Below, in pieces: positions 48,038-61,500 of a stretch of DNA of 64,000 nt. Source of the DNA: Takakia lepidozioides (taxonomy: Eukaryota; Plantae; Bryophyta); the NCBI GenBank assembly GCA_030704615.1, contig CM060731.1, positions 56,482,001 to 56,546,000 of the forward strand, written 5' to 3'. Made by a program: the position numbers and the translations under genes. The stretch's first letter is position 1, and each line of letters begins with the position of its first letter. The notes under the pieces were generated by a model, which was not told where the DNA came from, made no database searches, and saw nothing but the letters and a program-made list of their open reading frames with translations.

Positions 48038-50700
48038 CACTACTGCAAAAAGGGGGGGTTTATGACGGCAGCCATGCCCCACGCCCCCACGCCCGCGCGG
48101 CGCGGAGCGCCGGGGCGTGGCACGGCGGCGCCCAGTGCTGCTTGTGACGCCACCGTGTGGCAACCCAACGCCCAGGTGTCGCCCCCCAGCGTCGGGATCA
48201 TCCTGCGACGCCAGGACGTGACAAGGTGGCCTCAAGGGACCATATACTCCATGCAATAGAACATAGCTTCTTGTAATGTATACCCCTCTGCCATGCTACC
48301 CTCCAGATGCGCCATTTGTCTTACAAATGCTTTCAAAGTCTATATGTAACGCTCAAGGAAGTATATCCACTGAGAATGAACGGGGCCGGCTGTCGACGAA
48401 GTTCATCCAACTTGACTAATTACAACAGACGAGCCGATAGGGACGGAACATCGCCCAACTGTTCCTCAACTGTTCCTATGGGTCATCCCTCCGTATGAAG
48501 TTCAACGAAGACGGGGTCCATGGTTTGAAGTCTCATGACTACCACAATATTTTGCAAGACATCTTGCCCATTGCAGTACGTGGGACATTGACTCCCGAGG
48601 TTCGCGAGACAATCTTCAGATTGGGAAGCTTGTTCCGGTGGATTTGCTCCAAAAAATTGGAAAAAATGGATTTTTCACGCATGAAGAAGGAGGCGGCGGA
48701 GGTAATGTGTATGTTGGAGATGAACTTTCTTCCCTCTTTCTTTGACATCCAAGTGCACTTGGTAGTGCACTTACTTATGGTGACTATCACATTATTGTAA
48801 TCTTCCTTTGTCCATTGCCAATGTGTGTGCCTATACTTTCACCGTACAACACCCTTTGGGTCCACACCATTTTATTTGGCCCATAGATAGCGCATGCGAC
48901 CCTACTCCTCAAGCTCATTTCTAACACCGAGAGAATCTTCTTTTGCAGCCACTCCCTTCTTTGCCGACGTGCCATGAAGAACCCGAAAAAAGGACAAACA
49001 AACATTCTTCTCAATATGCATGGGATCTAGAAGATAACGAATCTTCAGGTCCTACATATGTCCCCACTTTACACAAAAATTTGACGTGAAAGTGACAATG
49101 CAACGCATACCAAATGTGCAATATCACATGCATGCACATGAATATTGACGGTATTTTTGTGGAATACGTATCGCCCAATATGACAACTTGTAGAAGATTG
49201 AAAGTCGCTTTATGCCGGGTACCTCCACTTTACCGACCGTGCCCGCATGGGCCTCCTTCCATCGGTCTTCCCAAAACTGCCCAGATGGTGTCACAAGGGG
49301 GGGACGTATCTCCTCTTTGCCATCAAACAAGTATTTGTCTCTTCTTCTCCATCGATGGCTTATAGGAAGAAACTTGTGGTAGTTGGGATACACCATCTTG
49401 CGAAGATGGCGGGAGCTATGTGCATCAAGATCATCGTCACAATGCAAGCACGCATGGTACCCTATGGTGCTTAGCCCTGAGCAAACAATTAGTCATGTAC
49501 ACATCCCGCCACATTAGCCAAGTCAAGAAGGTCTCATGTGCATGGCCCATAGTGCCATCTACCCCACTACGGTGCACAAGACTGTTGCCTTGACAAGACT
49601 ATCCGACCTTGACAAGTAAATGTACGCGGGTTCTTCATGGGGAACATAATATATCTGGATAATCATGCATTGTCCAAAACAATATGCCTCTCATTTGAAA
49701 AGATTGTCCGGCCATAGGGTCAAGTGAAGCATCAAATGCCGGGACCCTCTTCCGTAACTCCTTACGTTCATCAACTAGAGGTCGCAAGTACGTGTCCATG
49801 TTTGCCACTTGTTTTTTCCCTATGAGACATTCAAATCATTGTTTCAATGCTCCACCAATATGCAAATTATACTACATAATGAATTACACGTCTTACTCCA
49901 TGAATATATCACTCATCAATTTTGCATCCGAATTGCGCCAGACAAGGCGCCTTCGTCGCTACGGGGCTCTTTCTAATGAACGGGAATGTAACATTGCTAT
50001 AATTGCACGAGATTTTAAGATGTAAAGTCCAAGGGACTATATATAAGGAGTGAGATTTAGACAACTGTCATGATCGTTGTCGATCATGTCATTTTCTCAT
50101 ACTCCATCTACAAAACTTCGTTGGTACACTTGCTTATTGGATAGGCAGTCTTTTTGATGTAGATAGCAAGACATTGTTACAATGTATGGGTAAAATGTCA
50201 TGATTGTCCACGATGCCCAAATAATAATAATAATAATTTAAAAAATGGATGAGAACGTTATGATCGTTGATGATCATGACATTTTTCTATGCAAATCATG
50301 CTTGCTGCACTTGCTTATTAGATAGACATTATTTTTGCTATAAACAACAATACACTACTATAGAGAATAGAAAAAACGATCATGACATTGCCATACCGTG
50401 TTGTAGACAACACCACACTATCATAAAAGATAGGGAAAATGTCATGATCGTTAACGATCGTGACATTTGCTTCCATCTCGAACCTATATATATAAATATA
50501 TATTTCTTCGATATGCAAATGTCACGATCGTTGACGATCATGAGATTTCCTATGCCCACTGCACGTCTAGATTGTTGCACTTTCTTATTGGATGGACGTC
50601 ATTTTGCTATAGACAACAAGACACTACCATAGAGAATACAATACACTATCATAGAGGGTAGGAAAAATGTCATGATCGTTAACGATCGTAAATGGGACAG
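48038..50700. mobile_element. CACTA (En/Spm) transposon relic with rearranged transposase
   Basis: CACTACTGCAAAAA terminus at 48038; + strand GLKSHDYHNILQDILPIAVRG...PSFFDIQVHLVVHL (DUF4218-like); - strand MDTYLRPLVDE, WTMHDYP, HRWRRRDKYLFDGKEE, KRLSIFYKLSYW (Transposase_21-like). No partner TIR found. Confidence 0.85.
50060..50692. repeat. Array of ~7 palindromic tgtcatgatcgtt.acgatcatgaca motifs
   Basis: Copies at ~50066, 50196, 50256, 50377 (half), 50438, 50518 and 50666. Confidence 0.8.
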
Positions 50701-53700
50701 TAGCCACAATGTGAAGTGACTCTTAGTTACGTCAGCCTTGGCCGGAGTTTGTTCTCTATCTATATATATATAAAAACATCAATCCACTATTTTGTTCATC
50801 ATCCTATTCCAACTTCTCGATTTATGTGTTGCATGGTCTTCACATAGTCTCTGGTAATTCATTGATTATATAGTGAGCCTCACTTGGACGACATGCTCTA
50901 TAAGTATGTTGATTCAAACTGAAGTTTGAGGAGGTCCAATGATGTTCTTTGGAGATGCTCAAGAGAAAACCATGACTTTCATATAGACTATGATGGTAGC
51001 TTAAAAAAGATGAATGACTCTGGAAAAATATTTTTTTCTCAAAAAATGGGATTGTCGAAGTCAAAGATAAGGATTTTCCTAGAGGACAGTCAAACCACGG
51101 TGGTAAAATTCAAAAAGAGGAATGACGATATTGAGGACACTGATAAAAAGCTAGAAACAGTGAAAAATTCAGACTAATAATGTAACAATTCAAAAATTTA
51201 CTCTTAAAAAATTTAGTATCAATCTCATTGCAGTCATCACATTCATCCTCACACTGCATTACAATCTCTCGCTATGTGGCCAAGTAAGACCCCTCTTGGA
51301 GTAGAATAGTGACATTGGTAAGGATTTTGAACTCTTCATCCTTCCAAAAAAAGTTCATCCTCAAAGCCTTGCAGATATGCATGAAAATAAGCACTTGGCC
51401 GATGATGCACAATATGGAATTGTCTCGAATGAGGGGTGGAAGAACATTTCGACGAATGTTACAAGAAGATTTGAACTAATCTATCGATGAAGATAGATCA
51501 ACCACCCGGCCACCGCTGAAGCTGCAAGCCTCTATCAAGGCATATGTCAGAAGCTTCATTTTGAAGCATGGATGTAGACGTTCCCACTTATATCTTCCTC
51601 AAGCTAAACAAACAATTCAAACATTTCATGGTTTAACAAAACAATTGGAGTTGTCAACATTATTTTGGACTTGTTTTGTAGTCAGTTTATAGGTCAATGT
51701 TGTTACCTTGTTGCATTCACCAGAGTTTCGGCCCTCAAAATGTTTTGTATTTGTTAGCAAATGGTTCACCGTGGTGATACATGTCTACACCACAATTGGA
51801 CAGTCTTTGTCACCATTGTTTCTATGTTGGATAGTCAGTTATGGACAAAGTTCTTCATATCTAAGCTTATGCCAATAGACCTTGAGTTCGTGGCATCAAC
51901 AAAGTGCATGCAATTGCATAAATATGACATAGATCGGTAATAGATTAATTTTCCCACGAAACAGGTCAGATTTTCGCAGTTAGAGGTCTACTTCTCGCGA
52001 TCATAGAGCCTTTTCTACTGGGCAAGCTGGGCTCACGGGCTCACGAGCTCACTTTGCCAAGCTCACAATCTAGCATTCCCCGTTGCCGACTCATCCTCAT
52101 GACGTTGTGTAGTGTCTGGCATTGATTCCACTGAGGGTGACGGAGATGGTACGGGAGTGGACTACAACACAAAAATGGCGGGGCCCTTTCATATGTTATT
52201 TTGCCTACCAATATCGGCAAGCGTAATACTTGGATAATAGGTGTCTTCGGCGAAAAATGGTGCAAAATTTCGCGGCTATAGGTCCCAACATGGTTGAAGT
52301 GTAAGCCCAAAATTTGGAAATGTGGCGCCGAATTTCGGTACATGGTGCCGAGGATTGCGCGGCAAATTCTGACTAAGTTCATTGTCAATAATCGATAATT
52401 GACTTTTACTTGTTGTGACCCGGTTACCTCTTCTGGCCTCAATCCACCAACCGCAAGGACCCACCTACATCACCTCCTTACATTAGGACCTACTGTGCAC
52501 ACAAAGTGACACACTCAATGGGATGTAGAAGCCTTGGACAACAAGGCAAACCTACTCCCACATATTTTGAACCCTAATTTACATAGAAGTGACATTTCAT
52601 TACATTGTTTGGCGATGCTTCATGGCCAAGTTTGGATAATTTGGCCGCAAGGACAATCGACACATCGAAGTTGGCACTAAAGGGCCAAGAAGTGGCCAAA
52701 TGTTAGATGCCGAGAAAAAATAATAACACCCATTGGTCACCTTAGATACATATATACGCTCGTGTTTATCTCATAAATAACCCTCTGAAATAGAGTAAAG
52801 CATTTTCTTAACCCCTAAGGGCCTGCCATTGGGCAAATTTCATCCCCCATAAAGTAACATCTAACGAGTTAACCCTTAAACGACGACGCGACCCGATTCG
52901 GGTTGCATCATTTTGCAGGGGAGGGCGTATCTCCGTCGGATGACATCCGATGGAGATGCGGCCTGAATGAATTCTGTAGGCCATCCAGTCCTCTACACGC
53001 CGCAACAAATTTTTTAGGGATTCAATATATTCCCTGCATGCTAGAATTTATGGAGTGGCTGGGTTTCGCCATTTTGTGTGGTGCAGGGGGTGGCCACGCC
53101 CGTTGACCGGGCACGGAACTCCTAGATTTGCACAGCTGGCAGGTCAAACCATTGCTTCCGGCACGTTTCTGGCACCAGAAAGCCTGCTTTGTCGTTGGCC
53201 GGAAAACCCACTCTTTTCCATCGATGTATGAACCTTCCTCCAAATCCCAAAATGTTTTTGCAGCGGCCTTTGCAGTGGAGTGCTTCATAGAATGACCGTT
53301 GAAATTTCCTGGCAAGTCCCTATTTCAGGGCATTTGGAAGCCCTCAGCTGGCCAGAGCAACTTGGAATGAATTTTATCCACCCCGCTTCACATACAAAGC
53401 ACCCCCCCTCTAATTTTGGGGGTTCAGGCCCATTTTTTGCAGGGAGTACCCCTTCATTGGCCCAAATTCAGAATCTGGAACCCATTCACTCAAGAAAAAT
53501 CTGGAAAATGCCAATTTGGCATGGTCAAACCCATTTTTATCACTTGGTTTTTTGCATTTTCACAATTTAGGCCTTTTTATTTTGTTATAATCTCCCAAAT
53601 ACAACGGTTAAAAGTCCTGTAATTTGTCCACGTCATTTATGATGTCAATAGGGATGCACGTGTACGGTTCATCCACGTGGATGTCAGTGGTTAGGTAGTT

Positions 53701-53725
53701 ACAGCGATTTTAGAGAGGGTATATA

Positions 53726-54577
53726 CGGTAGCCTCTTAAACGGTTGGGCAGAAAATAATTATTTTAAGCATTTGTCCAAAAAAAATATAAAATTCAGAAC
53801 GTAATAGTCCAATCATGCAAATTTTTTGAAAACAAATGCTGAAATTTTATAAATTTTCATCAAAAAAATGCCCAAATCTTGAAAATTATAATTAAATGTG
53901 TATTGAAATTATCTTGATTCATAGAAGTACATCATGATAGTTCTGATTACTGTCAATCTATAGGCTATGAAAAGAAATCAAAATCAACCTACTTTTTCAT
54001 AAGCTCAATCCAAAAAACTGAGAGAAAATTGAGAGAGACTCAATCATTACTTCAGAAACATCTTTTGCTAGTTCTTCTTCAACTACCACTAATTCGAATT
54101 CAGTACCACTAGACCAAGTCTCTGTAGACAAATCTGATAGAGCTATGTTGAATAAAGAAGAGGTTGCATTACGTTCAATGGCCTCATTTTGAAACTCAGT
54201 GTCAAAAGGTCTCAATAGTCCCCAGGCTGACCAGCCTTTTCTAATCGTACCCTCCATCCTCGCCACATCTTTTCCATGACTGTAATAACCAACCACAAAC
54301 CAGGTTTTTTAAGTTTTTTACAGAAAGATCAGGTCGAACGTCTTTGGGAGCAACTTCTCTTTGAAGTTGTTGTCGAACTTGAGCGGAACTCCACTTTGAA
54401 TACTGCATTTTGATTACTCACTGACTTGTTGCCCAATTAATACGTATTTGGCTCATGAGTAAACTTCATAACTGGATTGCCCAAATAAGATATATTAATG
54501 TGATATTACCCAACCGTTCAAAGAAAAAAATAAAATATATTGGGCAAATTTCTGCCCAACCGTATAAGAGGCTACGG
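53726..54577 (-). mobile_element. Tc1/mariner (pogo-like) deletion derivative
   Basis: 29-bp TIRs c(g/c)gtagcctctta(a/t)acggttgggcagaaa flanked by TA; internal DLSVKNLKNLVCGWL...IRKGWSAWGLLRPFD resembles a DDE_1 C-terminus. Confidence 0.85.
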
Positions 54578-54865
54578 TACATGTTTTGTCAAAAAGTCCA
54601 AAAAGTTAGCTCATCCTTTAGGGGTTAACTGAGGCTACACACCTACCTTAATGTTACATCCAAAATAATGAACCATACCACATTCACCTTGCCTACCACG
54701 ACATACATCAACTCAACAAATTGCGGAGTATTTCACCATAAGACGAGTTTAATGTTTTAGTAGGGGTTTTTTTGTTTTTGGATTTTGCAAAGTATGAAAT
54801 TTGAGCTTTGACCAAGCTATTTGAGTGACGGGTCAATTTTTCTTGCTTCTGCCTCCACATAGAAA

Positions 54866-55655
54866 GCCTCTCATTGTTTGATAATAGGATTTCAATGGGG
54901 GCACATGTGGTTGCGGCGGGGCCCGCATGTGGGAGAGGGGTTCACGAGGGGTGGGGCGCCCCCTACCCGGCGGGGTTACTATGCTTGGGTGAGCCGCCCC
55001 GGGGCGCGCTTCCCGCGCACATAGGTTGCTTGTAGCATCAATGCAGATGCGCTCGCAGGTCGGTGTCTTCTCCATTGCTGGCCGAGGGTGCGGGCGTCAA
55101 AGAAGGGCGGGACTGTTATGTCACGATCTTTATGTAAGTAGCGCACGTTGTCAGCGTGTTTTATGTTTTATCGTTCGATGTATTGTGATTGGGCCCACAA
55201 AACACCTGAAATATGTAGATAAATAATTAATTATTTCAAGGGTTTGTAGAAAGTCGCTTGTAGTGTGGTGGTAAAGAGCAACTTGTGATGAATGTGATCC
55301 TGGCATACGATATTGTGGCGGTAATGAGTGTTTATTATAAATATATATTTTGTTTGAGGAGGGTCTGAAGATTGGAGTTAGGCGCTCGCCAGTTGGAGTC
55401 TGAGCAAGTCTGTTGCTCAGTCTGCTTGCCGGTCAGTCCGCTCGCCAATCGCCTGTCTGCTGGTCAATCCGCTCGCCAGTTGGAGTCATGCTGGAGAAAT
55501 CAGTCTCTTGGAGGGTTGGCCAGTCCGCTAAAAGGTCCGCCGCCGTTAAAGAACTAGGACTTAGAAAAAATTCAGAATCTAGACCCGGTGAAAGGGGGGC
55601 GTATTGGCGAGGCCCATTGGAGTATTGAAGATGCTATTATCCTATAATGAGAGGC
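54866..55655. mobile_element. Non-autonomous MULE
   Basis: 9-bp TSD ACATAGAAA (54857-54865 and 55656-55664); TIR gcctctcatt...aatgagaggc; related to 27849-40381. Confidence 0.85.
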
Positions 55656-55747
55656 ACATAGAAATGTGATGTGATATCATAGCCATTACTTATTTATTTA
55701 TTATTTTAAATAAATAAAAGGGACGGAGGCCCTTTCTATCAAATTAA

Positions 55748-56693
55748 GGGCCACTTTACACTAACGACCAAGACCAAGCGAAAATGGAGCATTCTTATTG
55801 GTCGAGGGCCAAAAATTGGTCCCAAGGGCTTTACACTAGGGACAAAGCCCAAAAGACCAAAGCGGGCCAATATGCTTACATGGCACTTACTTTTGGCCCG
55901 AACTCTTAGTCCAGACCAGTGTTGGATTGGTATCGTATTTTGAGAACACCAAGCTGGTATTGGTATATAGGCCTCCGGCCAATTGTGATACCGGGGAGAT
56001 ACTGGTATTGGCAGAAATCTGAGATTTGGATACCATGGTGGTATCAATAATACAGATTGGTGTGGTGTTTTACGGGTATCAATAGCAAGAGTTTTTAGAA
56101 TTTGATACCAGGGTATTATCAATACTGGTTTGGTATAAAAAAAACTCATGATATGTTTTTATGAGGCCCACTTCTCATATAAATGTGTACAAGCAGGCTT
56201 CTGATTTGAATTTTGCTTACTGAAAGCTGCACGATATGACGACGGCATAATCATAGATCACACCCCCAAGACCTGATTTTGCTTATTGAAAGCTGCATCC
56301 ATATCGTGCATATTGCGCCGTCGATATTGATACCTAGGTTTTCCTCATAAAAATGGATCTGGTACTGGTATCAGGTACCAGATTTTCAACCACCTACCAG
56401 ACTGGTAGGGTATCGTCCACAGTATTAGGAAGCAGATACCACGCCAATACGGGTATATGCTAGGTAGAGGCCTGAGGTGATACCAGACTGGTCTGGTACT
56501 TCATACCAGGATACATACCAATATTGATACCAGTTTCTTATTGGTATACCAGTCCAACACTGGTCTAGACCAAGGAAAAGGAACCCTCCTAATAGCTGGG
56601 CCCAACTCTTGGGGTCCGGACCAAGACCAGCCCAAGAGTGGCACTTCTTGGTCACATGATTTCTTGGTCTTGGTCCCTAGTGTAAAGTGGCCC
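55748..56693. mobile_element. PIF/Harbinger (Tourist-like) MITE
   Basis: TIR gggccactttacacta..gaccaagaccaag; TAA on both sides. Confidence 0.88.
55917..56562. mobile_element. hAT MITE nested in the PIF MITE
   Basis: TIR cagtgttgga(t/c)tggtat; 8-bp TSD gtccagac/gtctagac; many tggtat/atacca subterminal motifs. Confidence 0.85.
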
Positions 56694-58586
56694 TAAGAAT
56701 TCGAGGAAAAAATAACCTCGACATAGCCATGAGGCGAATGGGGGATGTACAACTTTTGTGAAAATTTGAAGTCAAACAACTTTTGTTTTTAGGGTTCTTT
56801 GCGTGTGTTTGAGGGGGGTCAAGATGACTTCCATGGCTTGGCAATTCAAGGTGAGCCCATTCCAAAAATTAATCCATTGATAATGAGATGTTTTACTCAA
56901 TCCCTTTAATGGTGAGGGTGTGGAATGCATTACAATAGTCAGCCAGGTCAAAACAAATTCTAGGTCCAAGGATACCACCTTATTGAGCCCAACTATGGGC
57001 CAATATGTCTTTGTCTCGTAGACAGTCAACTCTACATGGCCCCTCCAGCATGCTCCAATTTCATGACCCCTGTTTTAAATTCTAAAAATTCTACAAGGCT
57101 CCCAGTGGTGGTGGAGCTGTTGTAGGCCTCAGTGTTCCATGTGAATTCTTTTCTGTAACAAGTGTCAACTGTGTTGCAGACTTGCTAAAACATGTTGGTC
57201 AGTAAATATGATAATCCTACAGAACTTAGGATATGAGACTTTGAAGCCAGAAATAAAAATCGCCAATGAGCTGAGGGTGATGTTGGGAGCACTCCCAACA
57301 TCACCCTCAGCTCATTGGCGATTTTTGTCCCCTTCTTTACAGAATGTAGGGAACGAAAAGGAAAGCTAGGAAAAGAAAAATGTGCATGTGAGCTGTAATG
57401 CTTCACAATAAGATGCCTAATGTGACAGACCCCCTGGGAAACAAGCCCACCTATGTCGTGAGAAATCTCAATATGGATGCACCATAGCTATTTTGCAACT
57501 GGGTAGCTTAGTGCAAGAATTAGCACTGCTTGTTGCTGTATGACACTAGTTCTGCCACCATGCCAATAAAACATACAGCACTGTGAGACAAGAAGGAAAC
57601 AGATGAAGAAGCACGTCCATGGGTGGTCCAGAGGTGGGAGGGAGAAAGATAGGGGTCTTCTTGTCAAGACCAGAATGGACATTGACAATACAGCCTCACT
57701 AAAATTTACCAGTTTCAATGTGAGGAGGTGGGCCATGTTGTCAGAAATGTAAATGCAGTTGGATCCATTAAAAAATATTAAAATCTACAAAAAGTACATA
57801 GAAAAATCTACTCCATCAAAGTCCTAAACAGGTCTCGTGGGCCCTTAAGGGTTAATACATAAGATGAAAGAGTTTCTCGTTGTGATCATGTGATGTTGAC
57901 TGTTGAACCGCTTTAGGGAATGTGTAAGAAATCACCACACATTCATGAGTTGCTACGTCGAAAATCACACGCAGGTCATCCTTGTATTGTACACGAGGGT
58001 GCATGAGGAGTTTTTGCGGTAGGAGAGGACAGAGAGAAGAGACTAGTAAGAGAAACATTGTAGTGGGTACTCCGTTGGGTGGACACATGGAATCGACGAT
58101 GAATGACAAGAATAATTGATGTACAAGTGTGGAAACCGGGACAGTGTCAACATTATCTCCACTATATAACGTGAGGGATTCAATACACACTTCTCGGGCA
58201 ACTTGGGCAGTCAGTCACCGGTCTCTCAAATTGCAAACTCGGATAGATCTAATCTCCTGTTCCACTTCACCTGTCACCTCGAATCTAGAAAACCCACGGT
58301 ATAAATCTGGCCACTAGATCTGTGACCAGACCGCACTTGTGGTCCGCAGGGAAAAACAGATCAGTAGCGAGGCCAAGCTCGGCTTACATGACTAGTATCG
58401 TGGTTGGGACAGATATGAATTCTGCCTAAGCAGTCTAGAGGGTTAGAAGAACGTACATCTAGTCACAAATGTGGCCTATGGTCATCTTCAATGTTTGCAT
58501 CTAGTGTACATTACAGTAATTCAAGGGGTTCCTTTTGGAGAGGTCCGGCAGATTGAATGCCAAAGGCCAGCCTCATCCATTAAAAT

Positions 58587-61500
58587 CTACGCACCCTGAG
58601 GTTTTAGCTTGCTGTAATCCGGTGACATGTAGCCTGGAGGTGCTAATTCGATCCCTGAGGAGGCAGCTCTGGGTGAGGTAACATTGGGTGAGAAGAGGGG
58701 TGAAAAAATATAGCGTGGGGATCTGAGCGGTTCTCTGAGCGGAGATTGGTGTGGTGATACCTTAGTATCTCGGCTGGGCGCGGAGCTCATTGACGTCTCT
58801 ACTCTGAGAGGAGTTCTACTCTCGGAACGCGGAAGCACCTTCGGGGATCTCAATGGTGACATCATTGGTGATGCCTTCATCTCCGCTGCAGCAGACTCTC
58901 CACCTGGAGCAGCGGAGTCGTCCACGCCGTAAGGCCTAGTGTTGATAGCCGTCTTGTACTCGTACCACCGAGTGGCGACCACGAAGACAACAAAATTGAG
59001 GAAGCTGCAGACGGCTAGAAAGGCGTAGTAATAGTTCAAGTGGTTCTTGTTCAGATTGCTATCGTGAACCCATCCATGATTGGATTTCTTGGTGATGCCA
59101 TTGATGCTAGGGACAAGGACCCCACTCTGGAAAAACCCCAGGGATATGGCCAGCAAAGAAAGACCTGCGGATAAGCCCCTCATCTCCACAGGGGACTCGG
59201 ACCAAAAGAACTCCAACAGGCCCACGTACGTAAACAAGTCTGCACTGAACAGAAGGATCCACTGTGGGAGGAGCCAGAAGATGCTCATGGGGACAGTTGC
59301 CATGGGGTTTTCAACGAGGTTGTGAGATCTAGCGACCCTGAGCCGGATAGTTTCAACGACTGATGCATAGGCCATTGCAAAGATAGACAATACCAAACCG
59401 AGGCCAATCCGCTGCAAGTGAGTGATGCCATGGCTGTGCCCAGTGTAGCGCCGCACAAAGGGCACAAACCAGCGATCGTATATAGCAATTTCAACCAGCA
59501 CGAAAGCCGCAGCTATGGCCGACAACGATGGAGGCGGGTACTGGAAATGCTTCCCAATCCTTCGCTCCATGGTGTATCCTTGCTCGACTCCCCAGGTCTG
59601 CATCTGGCCCACCACCATGTACAGAAATAGAACACCAAAGGTAACTGGCAAGCACCGAAGAAGCTTCTTGAGTTCCTCCACCTGTGTGACAGTGCACAGC
59701 CGCCATGGATCTACAGCAGTCGCAGCTCCACTCCCAGTCTCCGTCTCCTGCACTACTGCGGCTTTGTCTAGCAACCTTCAAATTCCAGGCACAGAGCAGA
59801 CACACCCCACATTGTTCAGCTTATACATCTTGATCAGTCTCCTCTACATTTATACGGTATACATTGATACGGTACTATGTGGTATGCATGTAGTGTACTG
59901 TATGATAGGAGACGACCCGGCCCTCCTTAGCTGGCCCACGGTGTCCACTGTGGATACGCAAAAAGCCTGTGCGCAGCCCGCCCACCGAGAAGGCTGCCAT
60001 GTGCTGCTCCTACTTACCCACCGCCCCTTCTCGTCTTCTTTGGCTGGCCTTGCTTGTCTTTTAGCGTTGACGGGGGTGCTATCGAGTTAGTTACTATAAG
60101 ATATCAATGAGACGCTGTGTTCTGACCGACACAAAAGTCCTCTGATGAGGAAATTATGTCGCATGGGATCTTTCCCTGGAATCATGGGTACTTTGGTACC
60201 TCGGATAATATCTGAGGTCCCACACACTGTTCCTCGAATTGTTTATCCTTCGCGAAAGTAAAAGGCAATGTAGGCTTAGTAGTATGTAGAAACTGAATCT
60301 TACTGTACATCATATACATACTCGCCTCCAGGCATTGAAGAATACATGTGCAGTGGATGTATAGGCCCCGATCGTGATTTCCTTTCAGAACTACACCGAG
60401 GAACTAGGACCTTCAGGCCATCCAAGTACGGTCTCCATCGTGTGACCTCTTTGGAATCCGTAAGACTCCTCAATTTTGTTAACATAATTCTAGGACCTGA
60501 ATTACAGGGACGGAAAAACTGAGACGTGGAACAACCAGTACTTTGGGAGAGTTTTGAGAGCTTACGTCATGCCCTTGGAGTGAGGGAGCGAGTGATATCG
60601 TTTGAGGGTTGGGGGAGCTGACTCCTCGTCACGGACCTCGAACAGCATGGTGCTGTCGGCCGGTTGTTTCGCACGCCACTTCCGACCAGCTGCAACCAGA
60701 ACTTGGGCTGCACGAGTCAGAGGGCTCCCATGAGGCCTTTGATGTCTGTAGAGAGGAGTACCAGCCAAAAAGCTGATTGTCGACAACACCATGGCAAACC
60801 CAATTGTTGCAAACCCCCAGACCCATGACACATTCTCAGCGAGGTAGATGACACCCGTGATAGACACTATGGCTCCAATACTCATGAAGAAGAACAACCA
60901 GTTGAAATATTTCCGAATGCTTCTCTTCTCCTCCGGGTCTTCCTGATCAAACTGGTCCGCCCCCAGGGTGGATAGGTTCGGTCTCACACAACCTGTTCCC
61001 AAAGCAATCATATAGAGGGCAAAGAAAAACAACGCATATCCTGTGGTGCCAGTGAAAGGTGGACATGTTTTATCGTTCGCTGGGCAGTTTGGTTTCAATC
61101 CTGGCACTGCAGCCGTAATCACCAACAAAATAATGCCCTGCATCCACCAACAGTAGTTCATGGAGTGATTAGCTATTAGGATTGAGCGCCATAATGCACT
61201 AGTTCAAATTCCGCACTTGACTTTGAAACGCATTCAAGATAGGCTCATCTACATGATTTCCTTTGTTGGCCATACATGTTTCAAACCGTGACTTTGTACG
61301 AAATTACAGAGCTCACAAGGTCCAGATGATGCCAGGAATGTAGTACAGATCGAACACTTCATAGCAGTTGTGTGTAAGAACACTTAGATTTATATCCGCA
61401 TCCTTCCTATAATTTCAATGGATCCTCGATCGATGCATCTCCAGTTCGTGATTTATTGAAGCTCAGGAACTGCTCGAGGGCCAAAATTGGAACGTACCTA

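Noticed and set aside
50060-50692. CRISPR-like palindromic repeat-spacer array
   Set aside because: Spacers are irregular in length and similar to each other, there are no cas genes, and the context is a eukaryotic TE.
60140-60156. Hammerhead ribozyme core (CTGATGA...GAAA)
   Set aside because: No stem II between the motifs and no flanking stems.
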